DNA from: Eledone cirrhosa
Lineage: Eukaryota
Length of the DNA stretch: 64,000 bases
Direction of reading: 5' to 3'
NCBI GenBank assembly: GCA_964016885.1
Contig: OZ024742.1
Location: 255,378,001-255,442,000, forward strand
Positions 28,312 through 41,741 of the stretch are shown here, piece by piece; position 1 is the stretch's first letter, and each line of letters opens with the position of its first letter. The notes beneath the pieces are model-generated. The model did no database searches. It was not told the origin of the DNA and saw nothing but the letters and a program-made list of their open reading frames with translations. A program made the position numbers and the translations under genes.

Positions 28312-28975
28312 ACCTTCTTCTGGTTTTATAATTTCACAAAGTTTTACCAATAGAGAGAGTCGGTTTCTAACATAGACACAAGACTCTCTCATTGGAATTT
28401 ACACAACATCAACTAGGTAGATATGTATGCATGTCTGCATGCATGTGTAGATATGGATGTTATTGTATGTGTGGATGCGTATATTTTGAGTTGTATGTGT
28501 GCATGTGTATCTGTACATTATGTGCTTTGTATCTGTACATGTGTATATGCAGTTATTAGAGGCAAAATGTTTGGAATGTTTTACATATTTTTACTGTTCC
28601 ATTAATGGATTGTACTTGTAATTTCCTAACTAGTTGTGTTCTTTCTGTTCCTATGAAGCCCAGCTTCTCAAGATTTGTATTGAGGTAGTTACTAACATAT
28701 CCCAGTGCCCCAATAATCACAGGCATAAATCTGAAGGTATAATCGGGTGGAGTATCTGCAGATTTCTCATCAGTTCTGCATAAATATTCTCCTTTTCGCT
28801 AATCTTTGATATTATATTGGCATCTGCTGGGCAGCTAACTTCCACTACTGCGAATGCCTTCTTTTCCCTGTCACATATCATAATATCTGGTCTGTTAACT
28901 TGCATTTTATTGGGGTTTTTACTGGAAAACTGATGTAAAATCTGTGACTTGATGGCTACCAATAATGTTGGCCTG
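28312..28975 (-). mobile_element. R4/Dong-like non-LTR retrotransposon, 3' fragment ending in (TACA)n
   Basis: NRPDIMICDREKK..VVEVSCPADANIISKISEKENIYAELMRNL then IIGALGYV..ICKTF*: PD..E RLE motif; 3' UTR abuts TACATACA. Confidence 0.8.
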
Positions 28976-30002
28976 TTCTTTTTTCACTTAAAAAAGAAAA
29001 AAAAACGCAGACTTCGTTTGAGGCAAACGTCTTTCACATAAGATGCATGAGCATGACTGTTCGATAAATGCTTCTTTCTTTCTCTTTCGCTGTAGTATAT
29101 GCAGAAAGAAATGCAAGTGCTTGACAGGGCTAAAACGTCATGTTCGGGCCACCCACGTATGAGAAACGGATCAAATTCTCGAAATCCAGATATAAACGTA
29201 ATGTTACGATTGTATGTATGTATGTATGTATGTATGTATGTATGTATGTATGTATGTATGTATGTATGTATGTTTGGATGTATGTATGTATGTAAATATG
29301 TATATGAATATGTATGTGTGTGTGAGTGTGTATGCAAGATAACATTTGGATAAATCATTCTTAACAATTGTCTATGAATTCTAAATGAACAACTTGACCT
29401 TTACAAAGATTACCGAGTTTACGGTTGAACTATTTCGGAATAACTAATTCCTTAAACTATATGCTAGAAACAACAGCCAAATCACACCCAATCACACTTT
29501 TCAGTCGTAGATATATAGAATAATTTGGTCTTGAATGCACTGTACATTTCAAAATATGTGTGTGCGTGTGTTGTTGTTACGGCTCACACTTATTACGTTT
29601 AACTGGCCTTTTATGTGGCTGTATATCATAGGAACTTTCTCGGGCATTCTCAGTTCTATCATGAAAATCTTATTGTTAAAGAACACGGCGGATTTCCCAA
29701 TCACACATCGAACCGTTGACTTTATGATCGTGAGACCATCTCTGTAACCACTAAGCCACGAGCAGACATTTTTGTTTATGGACAAGAAAAATTATATTGA
29801 TTTCTACCTTTGACACAAGTTGGTGTAGTGGTACATATTTAATCAAACTCGGCAGGATGAAATGTAAAGTAATCACCATGTACGTAATTAAATACTGCAA
29901 GTTAGTTTGTCCGGTCTTCTACTCATTGTTCTATATCATTGATGTTGAAAGAGGTCATTTTCAATATTATGGCTGTGACTGATCTATTTGACGTATAGAA
30001 TG

Positions 30003-30865
30003 TAGGCCCGGCTGTGTGGGTTAAGGTTTTTGATTTGCAATCATAAGATCTATGGTTGAATTCCACAGCCTGACACGAATATAATTTATCATAGCCTCAG
30101 GATAGTTTTGCGGATGAAATTGTGTAGACTGAATCTTTTTGGAAGCCCATCGGATGTAATTCAAAGGACCAGTCGTGTCACACAGTATCACGCAGAAACA
30201 ATTAGAAAATTACGTTAAAGGTACACGTGTCTGTGGAATGCTCAGTTATTGACACGTTAATTTCCAGAGGAGATTGTCCCGGTGATCGAACAACTAGAAC
30301 GCTAACCGTCGAAAACGATAGAGTTAAATTTCATTCAAGCTATAAGATAAGGGCATAGCTGAGTTGGTAAAGATGTTTGTTTCGCAATTATGAAATCACT
30401 GGTTCAATCAGACTGCGCGCCATCTTGGGTCAGTCTCTTTACCCCAACCTTATGCGAAAATGTATTTACCATAGCCTTGGATGTAATGCGAAAATGGTTT
30501 TACCATAGATATGGATGTAGTGCGAACGTATTTTTACCACAGTCCTGCATTAAGTATGAGAGTAATGTTACCACAACATAACCATTAGGCCATGCGAGAA
30601 GCCGCATGGCTAATGGTTACGATGCTTGAGGTACGATCTCAAGGTAATCGGTTTGATTCCTGGACACGGCGCTGCCTTGTGTTCTTTATTCATGTGCTCT
30701 GGTACACTTACCTGAGAGTAAATATCGGCTGTAGCGGGGGAGTTAATCCCGAGATAGACCGGTATCCTGTCCAGGAAGAGTCTTGTATTCTGTCACTTAA
30801 CGCAAAGGAAACCGGGGATAAGAACCGGCCTGATGAACCTTCAGCTTTAACAGACTTTAACTAAC
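30003..30865 (+). mobile_element. Cluster of 2-3 old tRNA-derived SINEs
   Basis: tRNA-like heads at ~30005, ~30350 and ~30598 (GGTTTGATTCC); last copy ends GAAACCGGGGATAAGAACCGGCCTGATGAACC..ACTTTAAC. Confidence 0.6.
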
Positions 30866-31743
30866 TTGCATATAATGCAAACGTATTTACAACAGGTTTT
30901 CATACAATGCGAAAGTTTCAACAGGTAATAGAACTTATGAAGTGAGACTTCACCCATTTAGGCCATAACTTAATATTGTAGTGGCTATACTTTAATAACC
31001 ATAATAGAATTGTCATACCGTAGTGATCCTGCCAAAGTGGCCATCTTATAATAGACATGCTGTTATGGCCATATATATTTTTCATTTCAACGCCTGAAAT
31101 TAGGAAACTTTGATTTCAAGAGAATGTGATGACAAGCTGAAAAGGGGACACAGTTCATTGAAGTAAATGTTTATAATGTGCTATATTGTATAATAGTATA
31201 GTAACACAATAAAGTGACAGACGCAGAAAATGTCAGACAGACAGATAAATAATTATTATAGCGTTTAATATTTTTTCTCATAAATTGGACATTTTCCATC
31301 AATAATGAATACAAATTACATACTAAATAAGTCAGGAAGTGCTAAAGTCATAAAGAATAAGCTCCAAGGAAATAAACTTCGGTAAATTAGTCCAATTAAT
31401 CTGATTGTATTAGCTATCATTATCAGCAGCATTCGTATACTAATAATAACAACGGTTTCCTTCTTATTTTGGAGAGTTCACAAATGAACATGGGAGGAAT
31501 ATATTCGAATGAATCTCCACTGATATGTACATAGTTTCTGTAGGTTCAGTATTTCTTGAGATAGCCAGATGTGGTTGAACCTCCACTGTCCTATGACTTT
31601 GCTCCATACAGTGAACCTTTTTGCGATGACGTAGACAGTGCGTTTGAAAATATGGATTGGTACGAATTTTTTATGTGTGCCTTTGGAATCGCGACTGGCT
31701 TCCACCAACGCTTCTTCTGTTTGCAATGTTGTGACTACCCTTG

Positions 31744-31910
31744 CTGGAGCAAGATCAACTCAACTAGGGTGAACACTAGCGCTGGTTGAAACCAGCTCAA
31801 ACCATCTTGGGGGAACATCGATACTGACTGGAACCCACTCAACATGTCTTGGGGGAACACCGACGCCGGCTGAAGCCAGCTCAACCCAACTTCGGTGAAC
31901 ACCGACTTGA
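31744..31910. repeat. Four diverged 42-bp tandem units in a coding-like island
   Basis: GGG(T/G)GAACA..GAA.CCAGCTCAA recurs every 42 nt. Confidence 0.75.
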
Positions 31911-32111
31911 GTACAAGAATAAGTGTACAATGGATGAAACATAAGTCATGAAAGGCAAAGATGAACTCTGTGGAAATTCAATATAAACGCAGGCTCTCTT
32001 GACACAAGGCATTTTAAAGCTGGGAACCTATACCTATGCAAGTCTGAAAACAGCAGATTACTTCCAGTGAGTGACAGAGGGATATATGGATAGATAGATA
32101 GATAGAGAGAA

Positions 32112-32215
<104 letters not shown>

Positions 32216-32610
32216 GGAGGGGGAGATTCGACCCCTGTACCTAACCACATCGAAAGGGCAACATTCAGAACTGTCCTTTTTGGGATTTATTTGAACTCAG
32301 AGCGCAGAGAGCTGAAACAAATACCACAAAGCACTCTACCCGACATTTTAATGATTCTACCAGTTCCCCGCCTCTTTCATGTTTCTCAACAGACATTATA
32401 GATGTTAGATATTACTTACATATTTACTGTGTCTTTATACCGAGATATGCTTGAATGCACACGAAACAAGGAAACGTTAACTGCTTGTTTAACATGTTTG
32501 TCACACACGTATGATCATCTAATATTTTAATATCAAAGAGAACTGGACATTAGCACAGAAGAGAAAGTGATGTAGAGATGGAAAGAAGAGAAAATTACAC
32601 ACATATATAC

Positions 32611-32715
<105 letters not shown>

Positions 32716-32716
32716 C

Positions 32717-32747
<31 letters not shown>

Positions 32748-33059
32748 TATGTGTATATATACACATATATATGTGTATATATACACATATATATGTGGGT
32801 ATGTAAATATAAAGAGAAAGAGGGAGTGAAAAAAGTCTGAAAATGTTTCTTGTTTTTTACAGTAAAAAAAATAGATAGAAAAAGAAATTGATAAAAACAA
32901 ATAACTTCAAAGAAAAATATCTTTCATATTTCTTAGATATTCCTGTTGTTGATGTTGTTATTATCATTGGTCATCGGACTGTGAAGTCGTATTTTTGTGA
33001 GTTCCGTGAGATAGGTAATTTTCAAGTTTTTGCATTGAATTAATTTTTATACCTTTTGT

Positions 33060-35870
33060 GACAAAGGAGTCATAAGACACCAGTCTTTGCCCTGTGAAAA
33101 GGCGACCCCAGATTATTTGGGCATTTGGGCTCAAATATTCGAACATTTCTTTTCCTCAAAAAAAAATCATGGCGGAGACAGGCCTCTCCCTTCCCTTAAA
33201 GCCAGCTGTCAAGAGGCAGCGACTTAAAGTTAGAGCGGTGTATCACAGCTCCTCCCACAACCATTGCAAACACCAGCACTGCATTGGGCAGTATCGCCAA
33301 TAGCAGCACCAACAACAACAACAATGAAACCAATAACAGTGAAAAAACTAATGAGAACAAAAAGGACAACAGCACCAACAATAACAGCAACACCAACTAC
33401 GATAACACCAACAACAACATAAATAACGTCAACACTATCAGCAAAAATGATAAGCAGCAAAATAGCAGCACCAAAAAGAACGACAACAACAACAGCAACA
33501 AAAACAAGATAATTTTCACAGCCACAGCGACAAAGAGTCAAACGCTGTAGAATTTCGACTTAACAGAAAACAAAAAATGAATGTTTGGCTCAGGCGGAAA
33601 ACAATATAAAATATAAAAAAACCTGGGCCAATTTAAACTTCCCAGAAGAGGTAATGGCATCAAAGGAGAGGAGATCACTGAAATATAGATGCATTCCATT
33701 GAAATCTCGAAAAGCCGAGACAGCTTGTGAAGGACAACTAGAGGCTGCACTGAAATGCATCAACAATAATGACATAGAGCATATAGCAAGGGCCAGACAA
33801 TGCTGGAGCATCTTGGTGCTCTTCCACACTGAAGCCCTTGCTATCAAGCATTCTGGGATCCCCTGCAAAACGGACCAAATAATCATGTACCCATCCTACA
33901 TGGAGAGGAAAGCAGTTCCAGGATTTTGCCGGGAAAGTGTTCCAGGATTCTGCCGGGAGTGGACTTACGGTGGCTCCTCTGGATGCATGGGGACAGAGGG
34001 CTCTGATACCCTCCTCGACGTCAAATCTATAAAGAGGGAAAGGTGGTCCACGACTGGTTTGGAAATTCTTCTCCAAATCAGACCCTAAGACACCAAAAAT
34101 ATCCCGGACCACATGAAACTACTTGACGGGTACGAAATCCAGGTGGTCACGGAGGGCAAACGGCCGCACTGTTTCGTTTGTGGTGAAGCTACAAAGTCCC
34201 CAGACACCAGTTCCTCCTCATTCCCAAGAGAAGCTGATAGGGAACCCCGAAAACCCAAAAAGCAAAAATGAAAACAAAAAGAAAAAAAATAATCTTCACA
34301 CAAACCAACAAGCACATAAAGATGGTCGACCATCGATATCTGGAGACTGTCCTCAAGGCAGCTGGATTCGGTCCCGTCTTCAGAGGCTGAATCGCTGCAT
34401 GCACAGCGGGCTCGGTGGTCAGTTAACAGCCGTCTATCGGAACCGTTTCAGACCTCACGATCGGTCCATCAAGGGTGTCCTCTCTACTCCCTTCTGTACC
34501 TATTGATTCACTAGCCTTTACTGCAGAAGCTAGTGCTGTTGCAGGGCAAATCGCTCGGACCGGCACGTCGGAGGGTTGTGTTGGCATATGTGGACAACAT
34601 CACCGTGATGGTGTCGAACACTTCGGAAAACGAGATGTTCAGCACATCCTTGGAGAAAAATAAAAGGTTGACAGCACCAAAACTAAACCCGGAAAAGTCG
34701 GTGGGCTTGTATATCGGCACCTGCAGAGGTAAGTCTATATTGTCTAACAGATTCATCGGGCGGTGGACAGACGGTCTGGTTAAGTTGCTCAGGGTTTGGT
34801 TCCGACCACATGTCCGTGTGGATAAGAATTGTGACGAGTTTACGAACAGGTTAGCCACTCTCATCTAGAAATGCACTGAGATGAAGCTGTTCTCAAAAGA
34901 TCGGGTGCAGGTGGTGAACCCGTACGTCGCGTCCGTCATCTACTATCGCTTGACCGTCGAGCTTTGCCCCCGTTCGCGCCTCGCCAAATTCGAACGGCTC
35001 CACTTTAACGTCTTGTAAAGGGGACAGGTTCCGTTAGTTCATCTGCTGCTAGGACTCTCTATGTGGAGAACTGGACTTGCTGTGGCTAATGATAGCCAAA
35101 CATGCGCTGAGACTGCGGCATCTACAGATATTTTGTTTCAACGCTGAACAGGCGTGGTTGTCATTTGTGAGACAGTCGTTTCTGCAATTCGTCTGTTTAA
35201 CTGAGATGCAGTCCTGAGTGAACACCGACACTTGGTTCCTGGCATCCAGAATGTTCCCAGGCGCTCATTACCCTATACCTGACGGCCAATGCGGTCAGTG
35301 GAACTTCCACTTTCGAGTTTTTTAGAGGATTCGTGGTGGGAACGTGCGACTGTGCACTCGGTCAGGCTCTAGGCATCGACAAAGTCGAACTGACCAGTCT
35401 GTTCCGGAGGACGTTCGAGCAGGGGACTATGGATATCTTCCAGAAACCCCTCAATTAGCAGTGCTACTGACAGACGAATGGACCTGCCCGAGATTCGCGC
35501 AGAGCGACTAAAGTGTTCTGCACTCACTTGTCCAATGTCCGTGCATTACTGACTTGTGAAGTTATGTCTGAACAGCTGCTGTCGCGTGTAGGACGGATCC
35601 GGTTATCGACTGAGTCCATAGTGAAGATCACCACCCGCCTTCTTTTGGCCGGGAAAGGCTAGCGTCGTGTGGTTCAGGATTGGTGTGGTATCTGAGTTAC
35701 CCCTGGCTAGTTCTCTACCTATGGGAGAATTTTGTTGTTATAATTTTATTGTTAATTGTTTTTATTAATTTATTTTTACTCGATGTTTTTCGTAAACCAC
35801 CAGTGTCCCTGTCTATTGTATTGCCCCACTATATGTAGGCCCTTGTGGCCAATAAAGAAATTATTATTAA

Positions 35871-35915
<45 letters not shown>
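33060..35915 (+). mobile_element. Degenerate Tx1/L1-like LINE, copy 1 (Asn-rich ORF1, internal deletion, RT C-half, CCHC remnant, (TTA)n tail)
   Basis: ORF1 homologous to 36124-37200; 34324-35010 collinear with 39891-40585 (AYVDNITVMVS, KLNPEKSVGL); ends CTTGTGGCCAATAAAGAAA(TTA)n. Confidence 0.88.
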
Positions 35916-35916
<1 letters not shown>

Positions 35917-36002
35917 GGTCTAAGCGGATGTATTTTGGTCGCTCACAGTAAGTCGCTTTATTTGCCTGTTAAAATTATTTGTTGTTAAATATTTCTTGTT
36001 GT

Positions 36003-39000
36003 GTAAGGGATATAAGCCCTTAGACTTTGCCCCGTGAAGGGGAAAGTATAATATTTGGGCCTTTTGGCCCAAATATTTGAACCTTTTTTTACATGTTAAA
36101 AAATTTACGAAGAAAAAAAAAACATGGCTGAGCCACGCCCCCCTCCAGCGATATGTCGGCTGTCGTGTGACAACGACGTAGAAGTTGAGAGGAGCGCTAC
36201 AGCGAAATTAACACACATTGATAACAAAAACACCACCACCAACAAAGTAAACAAAGACACCAATGATACCAATGAGAACTCTAATTCTGAAAAAAATGAC
36301 AGTAACAGCGACAACGAAAATACAGATAACAAAAAAAAAATAACAAATACAACAACAATATGAACACCACTAACATGAAAACAAATAGCGACAACACCAA
36401 CAGCAACAATACCAACTGCACCGAGAACAACGGTGGCAACAAAGACAACAATGATAACAGCGACAGTGCTAACAACAACACCAACAAGAACAACGACAAT
36501 AACACCCCCAACGAAAACAAGAAGAACACTTTCGCTGCGGCAGCAGCAAAAAAGAGGCCATGCTTCAACATGGACCTCTCAAACAAGATGAAAAGTTGGC
36601 CCAGGCATGGAAGCGCATCAAGCAAGAGCAAACCTGGGCAACTTAACTGTCCCGGTAGAAGTTATTGAGTTAGTGGAGCGCAGAACGGTGCATTATAGAT
36701 GCATCTTAGCACAAACCAAAAGGGCAGCTTTAATCCCACAAGAAGATGTCGAAGTCGCACTGAGGTGCATCAGAGAAGACACCGAGTACATAGAGAGGGG
36801 CAGACAGTACGGCACCATTTCGGTGTTGTTCAAGTCAGAAGCCCTCGCTATGAAACACGCTATGACTCCTTGCAAAACCAGCAAGTCATAATGTACCCCT
36901 CCCACATGGGAAAAAGAACGGCCCGTCTCCGCATTCCCAGAATCCCACCAGGACTTGACATGTGGTCGCTTCTGGGATGTGTGATTGTGGAGGGGACGGA
37001 TACCGTCCCTATAGAATTGACCAGAACGGCCAGAGAGGACTGGCCTGGGGTTAACCTGGAGATCCTTCTCCAGATCAGGCCCGAGAATGTGAAGACAATC
37101 CCGGACCACATCCGCCTTCAGAATGGGACGGTCATTCACATTATGACCGAAGGAAAAGGCCGCATTGTTTTGTTTGTGGGGAAAAAACCCATTTGCGAGA
37201 CTTCTGCCTTCAACTGCTGAAGAAGCAAGGGGTCGAAAGGCTCCATTGTTGCCGACGCCGAGGCGAGGACAACAACCAACACCAGCACCGGCAAAACCAC
37301 CAACAACAACACCAATAGAAAGACCACCACCAACATTGACCACCCAGGGGGGAAACGAGGAAAGCTGTCAAATAAAAAAAAAAAATACACACACCAATAA
37401 AACCATAAACATACATACAGACACACTTACAGACACAGACCTCTCATCTACCAGTAGTGAAAATGAGGGAAAACCAAAATCCCCCAAAATACAAAAAAGG
37501 AAACACAAAAAGAAAAGAAAAACTCAACAAAGCACAAAAGCAACCACAATAAAAAAACGCAGATACCACCCACGCAAACATCTCTCCAATAACACCAACA
37601 TCAACACCACCATCACCATCACCAGAATCCCCCAAACGCAAATAACCGAAACAGACGCAAGAACAAATATACACACAAACATCTGAAACCACAGACACTG
37701 CACTCACAACAAACACAGATACAACCGAAACAACACCACCAAAACCATCACCACCATAGCCACGCAAACAAATAAAATCACACCAACAAAACATACAAAA
37801 CTTCGTGCTCGTCAGGAGGGCCAACAAGGAACTGATGGCCCTCGTAGCACGAAGTGAAATATACAAGAAGAGGGGGACATTTTTAAATCGAGCACATTTC
37901 GCGTGCCGGAAGATTTGGTTCTGGTGCGAATGTCGCTAGACATATTCAAAGAAATACGAGACAGCTTTCCTCGGGACGTGGGAACCCCGAACGTAAAACA
38001 CACTTCAAAACTTTTAAAGAAACCCCACCAACTATGGAGGTCGAACAACCCGACCTTCACAAGAGCCCGGAAGGTAAGTAAACCTTTCTCTCGCTCTGTT
38101 TAACCTGCCAACATGGCCGTATTAAGAGTAGGATGTTTAAATGTTCGAGGCCTGGGATCGTCCTGGAAGCAGGGTAACCTGCTCAACGACCTCAGGTCTA
38201 TAGAAATGGATGTAATTGCAGTCAGCGAGACCAGGATTTCCGACACGCGCGCACTAGCCCCCATTTTCGACGACTATCAGATATGTGCATCTGTTAGCCG
38301 GCCGGGAATGGGAGGCGGGGTGGCAGTGCTGTTTAGGAAAGGCCTGGAACTCGAGGTAAGGTCGATCTTCCGGGACCCGGAGGGAAGTTGGTGGTCCTGG
38401 ACGTGAACAATAACGAAGGTGGTGCCTTTAGATTGGTGGCCGTCTATGCTCCTACTGGGGCAGGACGGCCGGACTTCTTTAGACGCCTGGAAGCCTTTCT
38501 GGGTACGTCTCGCCCTTTACTGTTAGCGGGGAAAGGAACGGTATCTTAGATGCACGCTGGGACTGTGTGGGAGTATCCGATAGGAGCGGGGGGTGCAAAA
38601 GCCTCAAGAACCTGATCAGCCAGTTCCAACTGTCTGACAGGTACCGGCTAGATTTCCCTAATGCGCCAGTGGGGACCTGGGCTAACCGCATAGGGTCATC
38701 TAGATCGTATATAGACAGGATATTCATTAGGAAAATAGACAGAAATAGTGTAAGCTGTCCACGTTTTGAAACAGTCGCCTATTCAGATCACAAATTTGTG
38801 ATCTGTATGGTCGACCTAGATAAGACGCGTAGGTTAGGACCTGGTTACTGAAAGCTAAACATGTCATTTCCGGCACGTAAGGCTTACAGGGACCAGGTCA
38901 ACCATTTAGTTAAGAAAAAGTTGACAGGGGGAGTCGTCAACAATAGATGGTGGGGGCTCTCAAAAGAGAGATTAGAGTAATGTCGACAGAGTTTAGCAAA

Positions 39001-40620
39001 GAAGTAGCGTTAGAGAAAAATAGAAAGGAGGGGGAGTTGGTAGATAAGTTAGACGAGGCTATTGGTAGTGGCATTGCAACTGATGTGCTAACGGCGAGAA
39101 TGGCATTAGACCATTTCTTCAATGCGAAACACGAAGGTTGCATTGTCAGAGCTAAGTGCGTGTTCTGAGAAACGAGTTAACCAAAGCTGTTCGATGGGCC
39201 CGCGTGGCAGAGGCGCAGTGTGGTAATAAAACCACGATTCGGTCTTTGACGGACCGAGACGGGCACGAGCTGAGCGATTCCAAGGGGATGTGTGAGGCAT
39301 TTCGCCAATATCTTGCTCGGTTGTTCGGGGGAAGTGGCGGGTCAGAGATGGTGGCGGACTTCAGTCCCTACCTCGATGGCTTGCCGCAACTCTCGACGGC
39401 TGACGCTGGGCGCTGCGAAAGGCCAATTACTTCAGCCGAGATTCAGGATGCCCTTGTCGGCTGCATGAGGCGCAAGTAACCCGGTTTGGATGGTCTGCCC
39501 TACGAGCTTTACGTAAATATGCCAGACTTGTTCGCCAATCTCCTCGAAGCCCTCTACTGCAACTGGCAGCAAAACGGGAGTATTCCCAGTTCTGTGAGCC
39601 GGGGCGTAGTGACGCTGATAAGGAAATATGAGAACAAGAGGGACACATTAGACAATTTCAGGCCCATAACTCTGCTCAACAGAGAGTTTAAGATTTTGGC
39701 CAGGGTGTTAGCGAAGAGGTTGGCGCTTGTCGTCGGGGATTTAGTTGGGGAGGCACAAACTTGCGCAATCCCAACCAGGTCCATACACGACAACCTGCAG
39801 CTAATGCGATACATCATAGAGAGGGTAGGGTGTAAACCTGGCTTCGGTGGGGCTCTGATCAATTTAGATCAATCGAAAGCATTCGATAGGGTCGACCATC
39901 GGTACCCGGAGGCTGTCCTCAAGGCGGCTGGCTTCGGCCCCGTCTTTAGAAGCTGGATCGCTGCAACGCACAGCGGCACCTGCTCGATGGTCAAAATTAA
40001 TGGCCACCTGTCGGAACCGTTTCAGGTCTCCCGATCGGTCCGTCAAGGATGCTCTCTCTCCTCCCTTCTGTACGTATTGACTCTTGAGCCTTTACTGCGG
40101 AAGCTGGAGCTGTTGCAGGGCATCCTGCTCGAACCTGGACGCGGAAAGGCTGTGTCGGCTTATGCGGACATCACCGTGATGGTGTCGGACACCTCAGAAA
40201 TCGAGGTGGTCGGCAATTTATTGGAGGAATATGAAAGTTTGCCTGGAGCAAAACTTAACCCGGAAAAGTCGGTGGGCTTGCAACTCGGCACCTGGAGAGG
40301 CAAGTCCATGCCGTCCAACAGCGTTGTTAGGCGCTGGACGGACGGACCGGTAAAGTTGCTAGGGGTTTGGTTCGGGCCAGACCTCCAGGTGGATAAGAAT
40401 TGGGACGAGGTGACGGGCAGGGTAACCAGTCTCACCCAGAAATGGGCTGGGATGAAGCTATCACTGAAAGGTCGGGCGGAGGTGGCGAACGCGTACATCG
40501 CGTCCGTCATCTACTACGTCTGAGCGTCGTCCCTTGCACCCGTTCGCGCCTCGCCATCTTGGAGCGGCTCCTCTTCAAATTCTTGTGGCCAATAAATGAA
40601 ATAATAATAATAATAATTAT
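36003..40620 (+). mobile_element. Tx1/L1-like LINE, copy 2: ORF1 and ORF2 (APE + RT), frameshifted, 3' part deleted
   Basis: CLNVRGL, AVSETR, YIDRIF, YSDHK (APE); DGLPYE, FRPITLLN, LDQSKAFDRVDH, VRQGCSLSSLLY, SAYAD (RT). Confidence 0.93.
38113..40590 (+). pseudogene. LINE ORF2 pseudogene (APE endonuclease + reverse transcriptase)
   Basis: Consecutive fragments 38113-38406, 38567-38851, 38947-39168, 39156-39479, 39486-40523 separated by stops and frameshifts. Confidence 0.92.
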
Positions 40621-40784
40621 TATTTTTATTTATTTTTTATTTATTATTATCATTATTATTGTTCTATTATTACATCCTCTGTTTTTTGTTTTTTTACACG
40701 CAGTAATGCCCTTTTGTACCGTCCTGTATTGTCCTGTACTGTCCTGAATGTCTACTTTATGTAAACCCTTGTGTTTAATAAAGA

Positions 40785-40842
<58 letters not shown>

Positions 40843-40961
40843 GTTGTTGTTGTTGTTGTTGTTATTGTTATTATGATGTCAGCTCTTGTGGCCAATAAAA
40901 AAAATCATTATTATTATTATCATCATCATCATCATCATCATTATTATCATTTGTCTTGGAT

Positions 40962-41142
40962 TGGCAGTATCGGTAGAGGGTCTGATGCCATGCCTTGACG
41001 CATAGAGTTACGTCCCTTGCCATTCTGTGTTCAAATCCCGTCGAGGTTAACTTTGCCTTTCATCATTACGGGGTCGATACAATAAAGTACCAGTAATGCA
41101 CTGGTTAATTGCTGGCCTTGTGCCAAAAGTAGAAACAATTAT
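40962..41142 (+). mobile_element. tRNA-derived SINE (4280 family)
   Basis: Near-identical to the reverse complement of 16545-16730. Confidence 0.9.
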
Positions 41143-41144
41143 TA

Positions 41145-41560
41145 TCATTTGTCTTATTTCAATTGTGTGCTTGTACTCCATTACTGAGCACAGTTCTGTG
41201 TGCCTTGGGTATGTGTTTTTGCGTATGTGTTTTGTGTTTTTTCTTGTATTGAGAGTAGCTTTTGTTAAATTTGTGCAGTGACTAGTAGTGCTAGTTTCCG
41301 CATGCTGTATATATTTCTAAGTCTTTGAGTTTTGTTTGTGCACATGTCTGGAGCACCTATTATTATACGGATTCTTTCTCTTTTCATCAACCACATTCAG
41401 GTCATCTTTATTTCCCGATATTTTTATTTGGATAATATCTCCAATTCTTGAAGAGATACATTACCAAATGTTGGGGCAGGTATTCCATTCGAAAGCACAC
41501 ACGTTCCTGAAGGTTACCCAAACCAATATCTCCTTGATTAACCTTCATACCTCTTTAAAT
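41145..41560 (-). mobile_element. Highly degenerate R4/Dong-like RLE 3' fragment
   Basis: Minus-strand remnants GNVSLQELEILSK, EIKMT*MW..IIIGA, MRKLALLVTAQI; tail toward (TAA)n. Confidence 0.5.
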
Positions 41561-41741
41561 CGGCATGTCACTGAGACCTTTACACGACCTAGTCAATCAC
41601 ATGACGGATTTAAATTGAAAGTGCAGGAATAAATATCCCAAGAAAACTTTGTTCGACGCTCCAACCACTCTGTCAACGTGCCGCACCCTTTCGAACAGTA
41701 AATCATAAGCATAATGATAATAAAGATAAAGCCTGAATATA

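Noticed and set aside
30829-30865. CTGATGA near a SINE 3' end as an HHR
   Set aside because: No downstream GAAA or closing helices
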